Source of the DNA: Candidatus Poribacteria bacterium
Lineage (GTDB): Bacteria > Poribacteria > WGA-4E > PCPOR2b
NCBI GenBank assembly: GCA_965218095.1
Contig: OZ244587.1
Coordinates: forward strand, 416,001-480,000
Direction of reading: 5' to 3'
DNA length: 64,000 bases
The translations under genes were made by a program, and so were the position numbers. A model generated the notes under the pieces. The model saw only the letters and a program-made list of their open reading frames with translations. It made no database searches and had not been told where the DNA came from. Below are positions 29,640 through 40,712 of the stretch, piece after piece. Position 1 is the stretch's first letter. Each line of letters begins with the position of its first letter.

Positions 29640-29950
29640 AAGTTAGTGGTTTCTTTAGGCGGGCTTGTACTTCTTGCCAATCATGGTCGGAGAAACGGCC
29701 GACAGCCGTAATCCCTGTGGCGTGTACTGTGGCTAAGAAGGGCCTGGACGCAGAAGGACAATGCAAGCCGCCGGACGTCCAGTCTTTCAGCACATAGTCG
29801 GTTGGCGCTGTCACCGACAGAATCTGCGTAGTCAGCAAACAGATGATTACGTCGGGGCGGTGTGCGTGATAGACGTTTGTTGATACTACTATGGCAGGTT
29901 GTCTTTTTACGCCGGTAACACCCGGGAAATCAGCAGTGACTACCTCGTTA
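29640..29950 (-). pseudogene. PemK/MazF family toxin remnant
   Basis: EVVTADFPGVTGVKRQPAIVVS...DVIICLLTTQ...DYVLKDW..GGL...VGRFSDHDWQEV; no proper start or stop of its own. Confidence 0.75.
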
Positions 29951-30352
29951 TCAGAACACCAACATCAATTAAATTCATAAAGGCCAGTTATAAATAATTC
30001 TGGTCTGCATCTACGAAACTTTCCTTTAGTTCAGACAGAATCTCAATATCAAAGGTGAGGACCTCTTGTTCAGCAACAATATCGTATAGCTTCGCAACGC
30101 TTTTAAGGATTCTGGATAGGTCAATCTGTGCGATTCGTGTCATCTTACGACCTTTTCAGTTATAGGGGAAAATCAGGCACATCCTGGCTCCAACCGCTAA
30201 GTGAAAAATTCGTGTCATCTGTGTTCTATCATAATCATCTACAGATTGGGGTGCATATTTTCAAAAAATATCAATCCGTTATCCGATTTGGCTGTTTTGG
30301 GAGAAGTGTGCAGTAGCCTAGCTACCGCACGCCAAAACCTTTTACATACCAT

Positions 30353-30718
30353 TTAACCGTGCATAATCGATTCAACCTCTGGCAAAACAGCCCGCACCGC
30401 CGCTTGATTAACCTTCGCGGCAACACTGTCATAGCCAGCCGTGCGAATCATCTCCGCGAGATTGTGTCCAAGTTGTTCAATCGTCCAGCCGATGGAATCG
30501 GGGGCGGTATCCCCGTCGAGATGATGTTGTTCATTTCTACCGGATGGGTCATAGTGATAGTGCGGGTTCTTTTGGAAGCAGTCGAACCGCAGCAGTTGCA
30601 CCGATTCGCCATCAACATCGCCGTAAACGCGGACAGCGGGACCGCCATCCGCGCCCAAGGTTCGGTTGTCAACGCGGAGTTCAACCCCACCGGCTTGAAA
30701 GACCTTTTCCTGACTCAT
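30353..30718 (-). CDS. Conserved hypothetical protein (LLRFDCF..PHYHY family)
   Basis: RBS AGGAGG; 121-aa ORF with a recognisable conserved-looking motif. Confidence 0.75.
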   Translation of the reverse strand: MSQEKVFQAGGVELRVDNRTLGADGGPAVRVYGDVDGESVQLLRFDCFQKNPHYHYDPSGRNEQHHLDGDTAPDSIGWTIEQLGHNLAEMIRTAGYDSVAAKVNQAAVRAVLPEVESIMHG

Positions 30719-30750
30719 AATTGAAATCCCTCCTAATCATAAGATCCGAC

Positions 30751-30785
30751 TAACCTTGAAAAGGTTTCAAACCTTTTCAAGGTTA
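30751..30785. repeat. Palindromic repeat family C (TAACCTTGAAAAGGTTT-C-AAACCTTTTCAAGGTTA)
   Basis: Perfect hairpin; related copy at 33891-33926, half copies near 12285, 16413 and 48733. Confidence 0.8.
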
Positions 30786-31042
30786 GGCTACCAAATTATA
30801 CCATCTTCAGAGAAATTACACAATCATCGAAAAAGGATCATGTTTCGCGTCAATGTCTGACCGCCCTGGTATCACATCGCCGCCGAGATACTAATCTCCG
30901 CATGCGCTTTATCTTCTGGTCGCTGACGTACAATGATTTCCATTGCTGCTCCTAACCTAATCAGGATATTTCATCATTATGTCAAATTTAGCATGTTTTC
31001 GCAATCTTTTTTCTGGGCAAGATCTCATGGAGAATTTTTTGC

Positions 31043-31071
31043 TTGGCGCGAAATTGTTTTAATGGTAGAAT
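31043..31071 (+). promoter_or_regulatory. Sigma70-type promoter
   Basis: TTGGCG-17 bp-TAGAAT with extended TGn. Confidence 0.45.
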
Positions 31072-31152
31072 AGTTCTTCGACATCATACCATCGAGAACA
31101 AACTGGGTCGAAGTCTGTGTTCAGTGCGACTTCAACCGCACGGAGGTTATCC

Positions 31153-32028
31153 ATGTTAGCTATCGGCATTTTTGCCCCCTACCGAACAGATCACGACCGC
31201 AACATCGCCTTTTGCCAGGATACCGATGTCCACCACATCGTCCTGGGCGCAGCCGCAATCGCTGGCGAAGGAAGCGACGGTGTGCCTTCGGTCAGCACGC
31301 TGAAGGACCTGGTCAACAAATATGTGGCTGCCGGCGTTACCCTTGCTGCGCTCACACCCGCTCGCATCCGCCAGACGGCCTTCTCTGACCCTGAGACCCA
31401 GAAGGAAGAGGTAGCCATCTTCGGACGCATTATCGAGAATATGGGTGAAGCCGGCATCCCCTACCTCCATCTCTATCTTAACGTTGACCGATTGAGTTCT
31501 GAGGTTGAAAGAGCCCAACTCCGGGGAGGGCTGGTCGAGGTCTATCGTCAACTCACCGGCATCGCTGAAAAAGCAGGCGTCCGAATATCCACCCACCACT
31601 TTCATGTGCCTGACCGCCTGCTCTGGAACTATGAAACCATGTCACAGTTTCTGAATGAGATTAATAGCCCTGCCAACGGCGTCACGTTCTGCCAAGGAAA
31701 ATCCCAGATGGCCGGCGACGATCTAGTGAGAGACATCTTGAACTACGGCGATCAGATCTTCATGTTCCATATCCGCGATATTGTAACGAAAGTTTCTGGA
31801 GACATTCCACCGGAGATCGAAAAGCGGTTGACGGACATCGGCTACCTTGAAGTCGCCTTCGGTACCGGAGAGGTCGATATGGTCGGTTCTATCCGTGTGC
31901 TTAAGCAGATTGATTATCAAGGGCAGATCTACCCCGAGCACTACCCCTCCATCGCCGGAGATTCCGCCGCCGGGCTTGCTTGGACGATTGGCTATATTCG
32001 TGCTTTGGATCAGGCGGTCGAGGCATAG
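31153..32028 (+). CDS. Mannonate dehydratase-like / xylose isomerase-type TIM-barrel protein
   Basis: IENMGEAGIP, AEKAGVR, SPANGVTFCQG, FHIRD, GEVDM, PEH; RBS GGAGG. Confidence 0.8.
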   Translation: MLAIGIFAPYRTDHDRNIAFCQDTDVHHIVLGAAAIAGEGSDGVPSVSTLKDLVNKYVAAGVTLAALTPARIRQTAFSDPETQKEEVAIFGRIIENMGEAGIPYLHLYLNVDRLSSEVERAQLRGGLVEVYRQLTGIAEKAGVRISTHHFHVPDRLLWNYETMSQFLNEINSPANGVTFCQGKSQMAGDDLVRDILNYGDQIFMFHIRDIVTKVSGDIPPEIEKRLTDIGYLEVAFGTGEVDMVGSIRVLKQIDYQGQIYPEHYPSIAGDSAAGLAWTIGYIRALDQAVEA

Positions 32029-32050
32029 TACTTTTGAGGAGGGATGTCGA

Positions 32051-32225
32051 ATGTGGGATGAGCAAAAGCGAGGACGATTTCAGTTTTTACGCTAACGTGA
32101 ATTAGATGGCGCGCTCACGCAAGCAGAGCAAACGGAACTGTTGCAGATGGTTCGGGAGATTGAGCATGCGGAATCCGCCTCTCTTCACCTCGCGATGGAG
32201 CGGTTGCGCGGCAACAGGGAAGAGA
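32051..32225 (+). pseudogene. Hypothetical gene remnant with internal stop
   Basis: RBS GAGG, MWDEQKRGRFQFLR*RELDGALTQAEQTEL... Confidence 0.45.
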
Positions 32226-32229
32226 CGGT

Positions 32230-32370
32230 TATATCGTCGCTAGGTCTGGTGCGAGCCGACGCCACAACCTGATAGCCGGTAACATCTGTCGCGAGCTCAG
32301 CCTGCAACTGAAGGGGCAACCTTCAGCGATATGCGCGTTAAAGTCAGCCCAACGAGGCTTTACACATAAT
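32230..32370 (+). pseudogene. Uma2 family endonuclease fragment
   Basis: IVA.SGASRRHNLIAGN...L.LQLKG and SDMRVKV..T.LYT in two frames. Confidence 0.7.
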
Positions 32371-32504
32371 GCGATCCTATCTGGAGTGCAAATCGGATTT
32401 CCAACAGCTTATCGAATCGGAGGATACGCTTCGGTAGAAACACAATGGTAATCAGAAGTTCCTAACGAAAGGAGTGACAGCGCCACATTGCGCTACGAAG
32501 GCTT

Positions 32505-33893
32505 ATGGCAAAACACCCGAACATTGTCCTGATGGGAGTCGATTCCCTGCTCGCAACCCACATGAGTTGTTACGGTTATCATCGCCTGACGACGCCGCAC
32601 ATTGATCGATTCGCACAAGGGGGAACACTCTTTGAACGCACCTACAGCGCCCACATTCCAACGACCAGCGCGTATGCTTCGATGCTCACGGGCATGGACG
32701 TTTTTAGTACGCAGGTCGTCGCGTTGCGGCACAAGGGGCCGCTCAGACCGGAAGTCAAAACGCTCGCCGAGATTCTTCGTGAGGTGGGTTACGATACCAC
32801 CTGCGTCGGTTTCACCGGCAACCCCAGTTCGCGTGGATTTGATAGCTATCTGGACTACTCAAGTTGGGGCAGTTGGGAGGAGAGACCGAGCCCGAAAGCC
32901 CAGAATTTGAATGAAGTTACAATCCCTGAACTCAACCGCCTCGTCGATCAAGGCAAGCCCTTCCTCCTGTTCCTGCGACACATGGACCCGCATTCCCCCT
33001 ATCTGCCTCCGTCTCCTTACGAGCGGATGTTCTACCACGGCGACGAATGCGATCCGGCCAATAAATCAATGGAGCCGGTGATGAACTTCAAGCCGTTCTG
33101 CGACTACTTTGCGAGGTGGATGCCGTCCGGTATCACGGACAAGGATTACATTATCGCCCAATACGACGGCGCCGTCGCCTACATGGATGCTTGTATCCAG
33201 ACAATCTTTAACGCGCTGGAAGCACACGGCATCCTCGACGAAACCATCGTCATCGTCAACGGCGACCACGGGGAAACGCTCTACGACCATGAGTGCTGGT
33301 TTGACCACCATGGAATTTATGATGTTACCCTGCATGTGCCGCTGATTATCCGGCACCCTGGAAAAGTCCCCACCGGAAAACGGATCGGCGGCTTTAACCA
33401 GCATAAAGATTTGGTGCCGACGATTCTTGAACTAGCAGAAATCGAAACAAACATCGAGTTTGACGGCAAGAACTTGATGCCATTGGTCACAGGTGAAGCC
33501 GCTTCTTATGAGAGCGAATTTTACATTACAGAATGCACCTGGATGCGGAAACATGGCTGGCGCACCCCAGAGTGGAAGTTGATTACCGCGCTGGAACCGG
33601 ATTTCCATTTCAAGCCATCGGTCGAACTTTACAACCTGATTCAAGACCCAGGCGAAAATAACAATCTCGCGGAAGCGCATCCGGATATCGTTGCGATGTT
33701 AGAGACACGAATGCAGAACTGGATCGCCAAACGTGAGGCAGAAACCGGCTTGGAAAACCCGATCATGACGCAAGGCGATTGGCACGGGGATGAGGGGGTT
33801 GGGCCGTTTAAAACGGCTCAACAGGCTTACGATACGCTGCACCTCGGCGATCCGGGGCAGGCGGCGAAGTTGCAAGCGGAAGCAAGAAAGTAA
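32505..33893 (+). CDS. Sulfatase-like hydrolase (alkaline phosphatase superfamily) with non-canonical nucleophile motif
   Basis: PNIVLMGVDSL, TPHID, DPHSPY, GDHGE, HVPLII, ELYNL..DPGE; signature position reads TTSAYASMLTG. Confidence 0.9.
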   Translation: MAKHPNIVLMGVDSLLATHMSCYGYHRLTTPHIDRFAQGGTLFERTYSAHIPTTSAYASMLTGMDVFSTQVVALRHKGPLRPEVKTLAEILREVGYDTTCVGFTGNPSSRGFDSYLDYSSWGSWEERPSPKAQNLNEVTIPELNRLVDQGKPFLLFLRHMDPHSPYLPPSPYERMFYHGDECDPANKSMEPVMNFKPFCDYFARWMPSGITDKDYIIAQYDGAVAYMDACIQTIFNALEAHGILDETIVIVNGDHGETLYDHECWFDHHGIYDVTLHVPLIIRHPGKVPTGKRIGGFNQHKDLVPTILELAEIETNIEFDGKNLMPLVTGEAASYESEFYITECTWMRKHGWRTPEWKLITALEPDFHFKPSVELYNLIQDPGENNNLAEAHPDIVAMLETRMQNWIAKREAETGLENPIMTQGDWHGDEGVGPFKTAQQAYDTLHLGDPGQAAKLQAEARK

Positions 33894-33926
33894 CCTTGCG
33901 AAGATTTCAAACCTTCGCAAAGTTTA
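33891..33926. repeat. Palindromic repeat family C copy
   Basis: AACCTTGCGAAGATTT-C-AAACCTTCGCAAAGTT at the sulfatase stop codon. Confidence 0.75.
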
Positions 33927-33969
33927 CGTTTCACGCATTACCAATTCGTTTTAATAGAGAGCACTTCCC

Positions 33970-34797
33970 ATGTATCTTACCGAACAACAACTCAACTTTT
34001 TCCACACCTTCGGCTTTATTCACATACCACAACTTTTCAGCCCGGGAGAAACCGCTTGGATCATTGAGGAGTTTGAGTATGTTCTCCAAATTTTCGGGAG
34101 AGGTAAGGAACACAACGGCGCAAAGCGCACGATGATTGTCCCGACGATCGATCACAGCGAGCAGCTCTGCACACTGCTTGACAACGACCACGTTGTTGGC
34201 ATCGCCTCTGATATTCTGGGCGATGACTTTAGCTACGCCTCCGGCGATGGGAACTACTATAGCAGCGACACCGGCTGGCACTCTGATGGCGGGTATCCTG
34301 AGCTTTTCGCAATTAAAGTGGCTTACTACCTTGACCCGTTGACCCGCGACACAGGTTGCTTGCGCGTGCTACCTGGCAGCCATCGGAAAGATTCCTTCTG
34401 GCGAACCGGGAACATGTCGCCCAGGGATTCACAAGCGTTATGGGGCATCCCGCCCTCAGAGATTCCGGGGAATGTCGCCTTAGAGACGAATCCAGGCGAT
34501 CTGGCAATCTTCTATCACGATACCTTCCACGCCTCCTTCGGTGGCAGCAAACGGCGGCGCATGTTCACGATGAACCTGATTAAGCACGGCAAAACTGAGG
34601 AGGAGTTGGCTCGCGTTGACGGATACCTTCGCAGTCACTGCCCTGTGGCTCACGGGTTCAAAATCGGTGGCATGTATACCGACCTGATGCTGGACACCGC
34701 TGATTCGGAGCGGCTGCGGCATTTGGCTCAGTTGCACGAGCGTCATGCACTGGTCCATCCTCAAGATACGTGTCCACGACCACTGCCAAATGTGTAA
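33970..34797 (+). CDS. Phytanoyl-CoA dioxygenase (PhyH) family protein
   Basis: FFHTFGF, WHSD, YLDPL...GCLRVLPGSH, PGD...FHAS.GG..RR. Confidence 0.9.
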   Translation: MYLTEQQLNFFHTFGFIHIPQLFSPGETAWIIEEFEYVLQIFGRGKEHNGAKRTMIVPTIDHSEQLCTLLDNDHVVGIASDILGDDFSYASGDGNYYSSDTGWHSDGGYPELFAIKVAYYLDPLTRDTGCLRVLPGSHRKDSFWRTGNMSPRDSQALWGIPPSEIPGNVALETNPGDLAIFYHDTFHASFGGSKRRRMFTMNLIKHGKTEEELARVDGYLRSHCPVAHGFKIGGMYTDLMLDTADSERLRHLAQLHERHALVHPQDTCPRPLPNV

Positions 34798-34959
34798 ATA
34801 GGGGTTCATGGGTTCAGGAATTCATAGGTTCATTAAATGCCTGTACTTCTGAACGCTTGAACTCACACATTCGATCCATTCTTACAGGGAGATAATATTG
34901 GCAACATCCATCTTTCTCACCGGAATTGATCAAGTCGCTGGAACAATTCAACTCGGCGA

Positions 34960-35420
34960 CCGGATCGCATGGCTCTGACGATCCGGTGCATATAAGAATC
35001 TGCTTGTTGCAGCGATTATTGGGGCGGCAGTCTTCCTGATCTGGTACGCTTTGCGCCGGGAGTATTGGCGAAATGCTGCGCGACAGGTCTGCGGGTGTCG
35101 GCTGGCGGTGATTTCCCTCGCCATACTGTCAATCTACATCTTAATTGGACTGCTGGATAGCATCGGCTGGTGTGATCCGGCCTTCGATGTTGATGGAAAA
35201 CTGGTTCGCAACGAAGCGGGCTGGTCTACACCCCAAGGTCGTTGAGCCTGCTGGATCGACTCTATTCACCATTGCTAGAGCGAACGGAAAAAACCTACTC
35301 TGCCTCCTTTGCAATGCACCTCTACACCAAGACAATCGTCCAACAACCTGACGGACAGGTGACTCGAGCTCACTCACCGCTTCAGCCCCCACGCGTACAC
35401 ATCTTCGGACAGACAAAGCA
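34960..35420 (+). pseudogene. Peptide ABC transporter permease N-terminal remnant
   Basis: ..ALRREYWRNAARQV..AVISLAILSIYILIGLLDSIGW / SLLDRL...EKTYSA.FA...HIFG, frameshifted and truncated. Confidence 0.55.
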
Positions 35421-35424
35421 GGAA

Positions 35425-35739
35425 ATGAAAAAAAACAGAGTGTGGTGCCCAACATGACGCTACTCTACGATAATGCTGCACCCCACCACCAAAAAGCAGG
35501 CCATTTGCAAAAGCGATCAGAAAGGTGGACAATGGGGCAGCGACACTCTGAAGGATCATGATGAGGACAGAAATAATCGGGGCGAGTGGACCGTAGGAGG
35601 CGATGTATTCTCACATCGCCTGTGGGTCTTTGAAGAGATTGAAGATGCTCACGATCCAATCGTGGAAGGAAGGCAGCATGAAAAACAGGCAGATTAGGAG
35701 AAACGCGGTCGTAACAATAATCAGGAATTGAATTCTCAT
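35425..35739 (-). pseudogene. TVP38/TMEM64 (DedA-like) family remnant
   Basis: M*EYIASYGPLAPIISVLIMILQSVAAPL..F.I.FANGLLFG / WWGAALS*SSVMLG; two stops and a frameshift. Confidence 0.7.
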
Positions 35740-36033
35740 CGGCCTAGAATTTGTTCAAAGGTTCATAAGTTGAGGAGCCCGCTAAATAATCCCACATAAG
35801 TTTTTTCCTTTTCAACAACTCGTTCACCGCACGAGGCAGCGAGGGGCGAGAACGGGTGATTTAACCCTGTGACTTAATCGTGCCACTGCACCGCTTTTCG
35901 GGGATTTTTGTGGTCGAGAAATTGCCTCGAACCGCCACCAATGTTGCAAAGTGTAAAAAACATCAGAGTAACTATTTAGATGGGATGAACCACTGAACCC
36001 AGTGAACTCACAATACACAATATAGCCAGTATA

Positions 36034-37134
36034 TTATTTCTCATCGTGGTAGGGTTCATCTGCTGGCAGGGGGATGACATCTTCCGCGCTTACCCATAAA
36101 GTTAGTGCATCCCCCACGTTTTTACCTTGTGTTCCCAGATTATATAGAACCGCTTTGGCCGTCAACTGATCGGTGAGGGCAAGCTGATATTCCTCGATAC
36201 GTCCCAGGTAGGTAACGCCGAGAACCTTCGCACGAAGCTGATTCGATGTTTCTGACTGAACCGCATCTCCGATATGGATGGATTCGGGCCGAATTGAACA
36301 GGTCACTTTTTCACCATCCGTAAAATCGTGATAAACTGTGGTCGAATGAAGCATACCGATTTCCGTCTCAATCCCTGCGGTCCCATTGAACAACGATTGG
36401 ATCTTACCGCTAATAAAATTCGTCTCGCCGATGAAACTGGCAACGAATGGATTGATGGGGAACCGATAAACTTCACGGGGTGCGCCGGACTGGACGATCA
36501 TCCCGTCTTTCATAATTGCCATCCGATCCGCAAGGGAGAGGGCTTCATGCTGATCGTGCGTCACATAGATTGCTGTGGCGCCGGCTTGCGAGTGAATTCG
36601 CTTAATCTCCTGACGCATTTCAAGCCGCAACTTCGCGTCAAGGTTGCTCAACGGTTCATCAAGCAGCAACACATCTGGTTCAACCACCAATGCGCGCGCC
36701 AAAGCAATCCGCTGCTGCTGCCCGCCAGATAGCTTATTGACGGGGCGATCGGCGTATTCCGGCATCTGCACGACCTCCAGGACTTCGCTGACTTTCTGTT
36801 TGCGGATGTCCTTATCAATTTTGCGAAGTGATAGACCATATTCGACGTTCTCGAAAACGGTCATGTGTGGCCAAAGCGCGTAATTCTGGAACACCATCCC
36901 CGTATTCCGCTTATGCGGCGGCACTTTGCTCATCCGCCGATCACCGAACATCAATTCTCCGCTATCGGGCTCGTAGAATCCTGCGATAATGCGCAGGCAG
37001 GTCGTCTTTCCGCACCCCGATGGGCCGAGCAGGAAAAAGAGTTCGCCTTCCTGAATTTCAAGGCTGACATCATTCACAGCGATTGTCGTATCAAATGCTT
37101 TAATGATGTGGTCTAAACGGACTTCGACGGACAA
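36034..37134 (-). CDS. ABC transporter ATP-binding protein (PotA/FbpC-like, TOBE domain)
   Basis: GPSGCGKT, LSGGQQQR, LLLDEPLSNLD, YVTHDQ. Confidence 0.93.
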   Translation of the reverse strand: MSVEVRLDHIIKAFDTTIAVNDVSLEIQEGELFFLLGPSGCGKTTCLRIIAGFYEPDSGELMFGDRRMSKVPPHKRNTGMVFQNYALWPHMTVFENVEYGLSLRKIDKDIRKQKVSEVLEVVQMPEYADRPVNKLSGGQQQRIALARALVVEPDVLLLDEPLSNLDAKLRLEMRQEIKRIHSQAGATAIYVTHDQHEALSLADRMAIMKDGMIVQSGAPREVYRFPINPFVASFIGETNFISGKIQSLFNGTAGIETEIGMLHSTTVYHDFTDGEKVTCSIRPESIHIGDAVQSETSNQLRAKVLGVTYLGRIEEYQLALTDQLTAKAVLYNLGTQGKNVGDALTLWVSAEDVIPLPADEPYHDEK

Positions 37135-37193
37135 TGGTCAACTTCCTTCCCTTTGTTGAAGATGTCTGCTGATGTCACAAACTAACAGTTTGG

Positions 37194-37991
37194 TCAATGC
37201 CCCCCATTAAACTCCGACCGAATCAACCTCCCGATTCTGGTAAATCGGATGTCACCGATAATCTTCCAAATCTCCCAAGGCTTTACGGGATTGAGCTGAT
37301 CGTGCGACCAATAGACCATGAAGGCTTGTCCTTTAATATCATCCATCGATACGGTCCCCCATGTACGGCTGTCGCTGCTCTGATCGCGATTATCCCCCAT
37401 TGCAAAAACATGCCCTTCTGGAACCACAAACGGCTTGCCTTCCGGAAACTTCATGCGGAACTGATTCGGTGAGAGCTTATAATCCACAAAAACTTCGCCA
37501 TCAGGCAAATAGTGAGGTTTGCGGAAGGGGGGGAAATCATACCGGTAACCAACGGGATGGGCAGCGTGCTTTGTATACGCGCTATCTTCGACTGCTACCC
37601 CGTTGACGTAGAGCTTGTCCTTCTTCGTTTCAATTGTGTCCCCTTCGACGGCAACGATGCGTTTGATAAAGTTTTTCGTTCGCTCGTGGGGTGGAACGAA
37701 CACGAACACATCTCCTTTCGCCGGTCTATGGAAGTCAAAAAATTTAATGTTCGTTCCCGGAATCCTAATCCCGTAGATAAACTTGCAGACGAGAATGCGA
37801 TCCCCGACGAGCAGGGTTTCTTCCATAGAACCGGACGGGATTTTGAATGCCTCAACGACAAAGGGGCGGATAAATCCAAAGACAAGAGCGAAAGCGACCA
37901 CGATGACCTGAAGATATTCCCATACCACGGTTCTTTGGAATTTCTGCCAGCGTGAAAGGTCTTCGCGTGTATCCACCGGCGTTTTACTCAT
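37194..37991 (-). CDS. lepB: Signal peptidase I
   Basis: IPSGSME.TL..GD, FIKRIV, GDNRDQSSDSR.WG; follows lepA. Confidence 0.95.
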   Translation of the reverse strand: MSKTPVDTREDLSRWQKFQRTVVWEYLQVIVVAFALVFGFIRPFVVEAFKIPSGSMEETLLVGDRILVCKFIYGIRIPGTNIKFFDFHRPAKGDVFVFVPPHERTKNFIKRIVAVEGDTIETKKDKLYVNGVAVEDSAYTKHAAHPVGYRYDFPPFRKPHYLPDGEVFVDYKLSPNQFRMKFPEGKPFVVPEGHVFAMGDNRDQSSDSRTWGTVSMDDIKGQAFMVYWSHDQLNPVKPWEIWKIIGDIRFTRIGRLIRSEFNGGH

Positions 37992-38253
37992 GAATGTGTT
38001 ACCTCCAATGTGAAATATAGAAAATAAGCACGAGAGACGTGCGTAACAGGTGAGATAATACCGTTTCTGAATAAAAGCGCAGTATTGGAGCAGAAAAAAG
38101 GTGCTTGCATCCCGATCGGAGATCAGGGAAGAACGGAAGGATGGTTTTCCTCCCTACTTCCTTTCCCTCCCTTCCTTCCAAAGGTTATGCTTGACTGTCG
38201 TTCAGAACTGGTATGACTTTTGCCCAGTGCTTTACTTTCTCCCCTTCTCTCTT

Positions 38254-40056
38254 TTATTCATCTATCGACAGAATCGCCATGAACGCCTCCTGGGGCACCT
38301 CGACGCTGCCAATCTGTTTCATGCGTTTTTTCCCTTCTTTCTGCTGCTCAAGCAACTTCCGTTTGCGGGTAACGTCACCGCCATAGCATTTTGCCGTTAC
38401 GTTCTTCCGGAAAGCGCGAACGATTTCACGTGCAATCACTTTATTCCCGATTGCCGCTTGAATCGGCACGGCAAACATCTGGCGAGGAATCACTTCGCCT
38501 AACTTCTCTGCCAACGCTTTTCCTCGGGCATAAGCCATGTCACGGTGAATAATCGTCGAGAGCGCATCAACCGGTTTTTCGTTGAGTAAAATATCCAGCT
38601 TCACGAGATCTGCGGGTTTGTATTCACCGATCTCATACTCAAGTGACCCATAGCCGCGTGTCGATGATTTGAGCCTGTCATAGAAATCGATGAGGATCTC
38701 GCTCAAGGGGAGCTCGTAGATAATCTGCACACGGGTTTCATCAAGCTGATTCATGCGAATGAAGCCGCCGCGTCGCTTTTGACACAGATCCATCACATTT
38801 CCGATGTAATCTCGCGGAACGATAATGTCAGCAGTAATGTGAGGTTCCTCAATGTGATCAATTCGGTCAATGGGAGGCATCTTCGCCGGGTTATCGACTT
38901 CGATGCACCCTCCAGCTTTTTGGATAACATGGTACTTAACGCTCGGCGAGGTGCGGATAAGGGAAAGGTCAAATTCGCGTTCGAGACGTTCCTGGATAAT
39001 CTCCATGTGCAGCAGGCCCAAGAAGCCGCACCGAAAGCCAAATCCGAGCGCCACAGAAGTTTCGGGCTCAAAACTGAAAGAAGCATCGTTAAGCATGAGT
39101 TTTTCCAATGCCTCTCTGAGCCCTGCAAACTCGCTGGTATCCGCTGGATATAGCCCGCAAAACACGAGGGGCTTCACTTCACGGTAACCGGGCATTGGCT
39201 CTGATGTCGGTCTTGCGTGGTCGGTAATTGTATCGCCAATCTTTGCATCTGCTCTATCTCGGACTCCGGCAATCAGATAACCGACTGAGCCGGTTGAGAG
39301 CTTGTCAACGGGTTTCATGTGTGGCAGGAAAACCCCGACTTCTTCGACTTTGTAAGCCTTCCCCGGCGCCATCAAACGAATCTTGTCGCCCTTCTTCACA
39401 TCCCCATCGAAAACACGCACGTACATGACGACCCCCCGATAGCTGTCGTACAGAGAGTCAATGACCAGTGTTTTGAGGGCTGCATCTGGATGTCCACGCG
39501 GTGGCGGAATGCACTTGACAATTGCCTCCAATACGCCCTGTGTGCCGATACCTTCCTTTGCGCTGATCAAGATGGCTTCGTCCGCGGGGATGCCGACGAC
39601 TTCTTCAATTTGTCGCCTAACCTCGTCAGGACGCGCTGTCGGGAGATCGATTTTGTTGATGACGGGAATAATCTCAAGGTCGTGGTTGATTGCGAGATAA
39701 GCGTTTGCCAACGTCTGCGCTTCGACGCCTTGCGCGGCATCGACGATTAGTATCGCCCCCTCACATGCTGCGAGACTCCTCGAAACCTCGTAGGCAAAGT
39801 CAACATGACCGGGGGTGTCGATCAGGTTCAGTTCATAGAAATTTCCATCTTTGGCAGAGTAGTTGAGCTTGACAACGGTGGCTTTAATGGTGATGCCGCG
39901 TTCCCGCTCAAGCTCCATCAAGTCGAGGACCTGATCGCGCATCTCACGTGGCGTTAGCGTACCGGTGTACTCCAAAAGACGGTCACTCAACGTGCTTTTG
40001 CCGTGATCGATATGTCCTAAGATGCAGTAGTTTCGTATGCTTTGTTGGTTGTTCAT
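38254..40056 (-). CDS. lepA: Translation elongation factor 4
   Basis: [45 protein letters not shown]; likely start MNNQ at 40056. Confidence 0.97.
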   Translation of the reverse strand: MNNQQSIRNYCILGHIDHGKSTLSDRLLEYTGTLTPREMRDQVLDLMELERERGITIKATVVKLNYSAKDGNFYELNLIDTPGHVDFAYEVSRSLAACEGAILIVDAAQGVEAQTLANAYLAINHDLEIIPVINKIDLPTARPDEVRRQIEEVVGIPADEAILISAKEGIGTQGVLEAIVKCIPPPRGHPDAALKTLVIDSLYDSYRGVVMYVRVFDGDVKKGDKIRLMAPGKAYKVEEVGVFLPHMKPVDKLSTGSVGYLIAGVRDRADAKIGDTITDHARPTSEPMPGYREVKPLVFCGLYPADTSEFAGLREALEKLMLNDASFSFEPETSVALGFGFRCGFLGLLHMEIIQERLEREFDLSLIRTSPSVKYHVIQKAGGCIEVDNPAKMPPIDRIDHIEEPHITADIIVPRDYIGNVMDLCQKRRGGFIRMNQLDETRVQIIYELPLSEILIDFYDRLKSSTRGYGSLEYEIGEYKPADLVKLDILLNEKPVDALSTIIHRDMAYARGKALAEKLGEVIPRQMFAVPIQAAIGNKVIAREIVRAFRKNVTAKCYGGDVTRKRKLLEQQKEGKKRMKQIGSVEVPQEAFMAILSIDE

Positions 40057-40066
40057 CGATAGATAA

Positions 40067-40635
40067 TCATCCATCAAATTCTAACCGAATTGCCTTGCCA
40101 ATCCGGGTGAATCGAATGTTCTCGATCTGCTCCCAAATTCCTCCCGATTTTGCTTTGTCGTCTTCAGACGACTAGTAAATCATGATAGCTTGACCTTTGA
40201 GATCATTGACTGATACAGTCCCCCATACACGGCTATCACTATTCCCATCCCACTTGTCGCCCATGACAAAAACGTGGCCTTTCGGAAACTTCATGCGGAA
40301 CTGACGCGGTAGGAGATTATAATTGGCAAAAGCCCGACCGCGAGGTATATAACGCGGATCGCTAAAGGGCGGAAAGTCGCGTTTGTAGAGGAGAGAATTC
40401 GGAACATGTTGGGTGTAGCGGCTATCATCGATTGCTTCGCCGTTGACGTAGAGCGTATTTTCCTTCGCTTCAATCGTGTCGCCTTCAAGGGCGGCGATTC
40501 TTTTGACAAGAATCTTATCCAGCTCGTGAGGCGGGATGAACATAGCAACCTCCCCGCGTAAGACGCACTGATACCACGGGAGATGGTAGAGAGAAAAACT
40601 GCCAACCGAGGTTTTCTAAAACTGTTTGATTCCAT
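40067..40635 (-). pseudogene. Degenerate signal peptidase I paralogue
   Basis: LVKRIAA.EGDTIE, GDKWDGNSDSR.WG, KGQAIMIY*S...NIRFTRIG..IR.EFDG align to the intact lepB; catalytic Ser region absent. Confidence 0.8.
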
Positions 40636-40712
40636 TTCTTCTCGTAAGGGGCTTCAACTTTTGAATGAAGTCAGGATTCACCAGATTCACCTCACTTTGA
40701 CGACCGGAGGCG

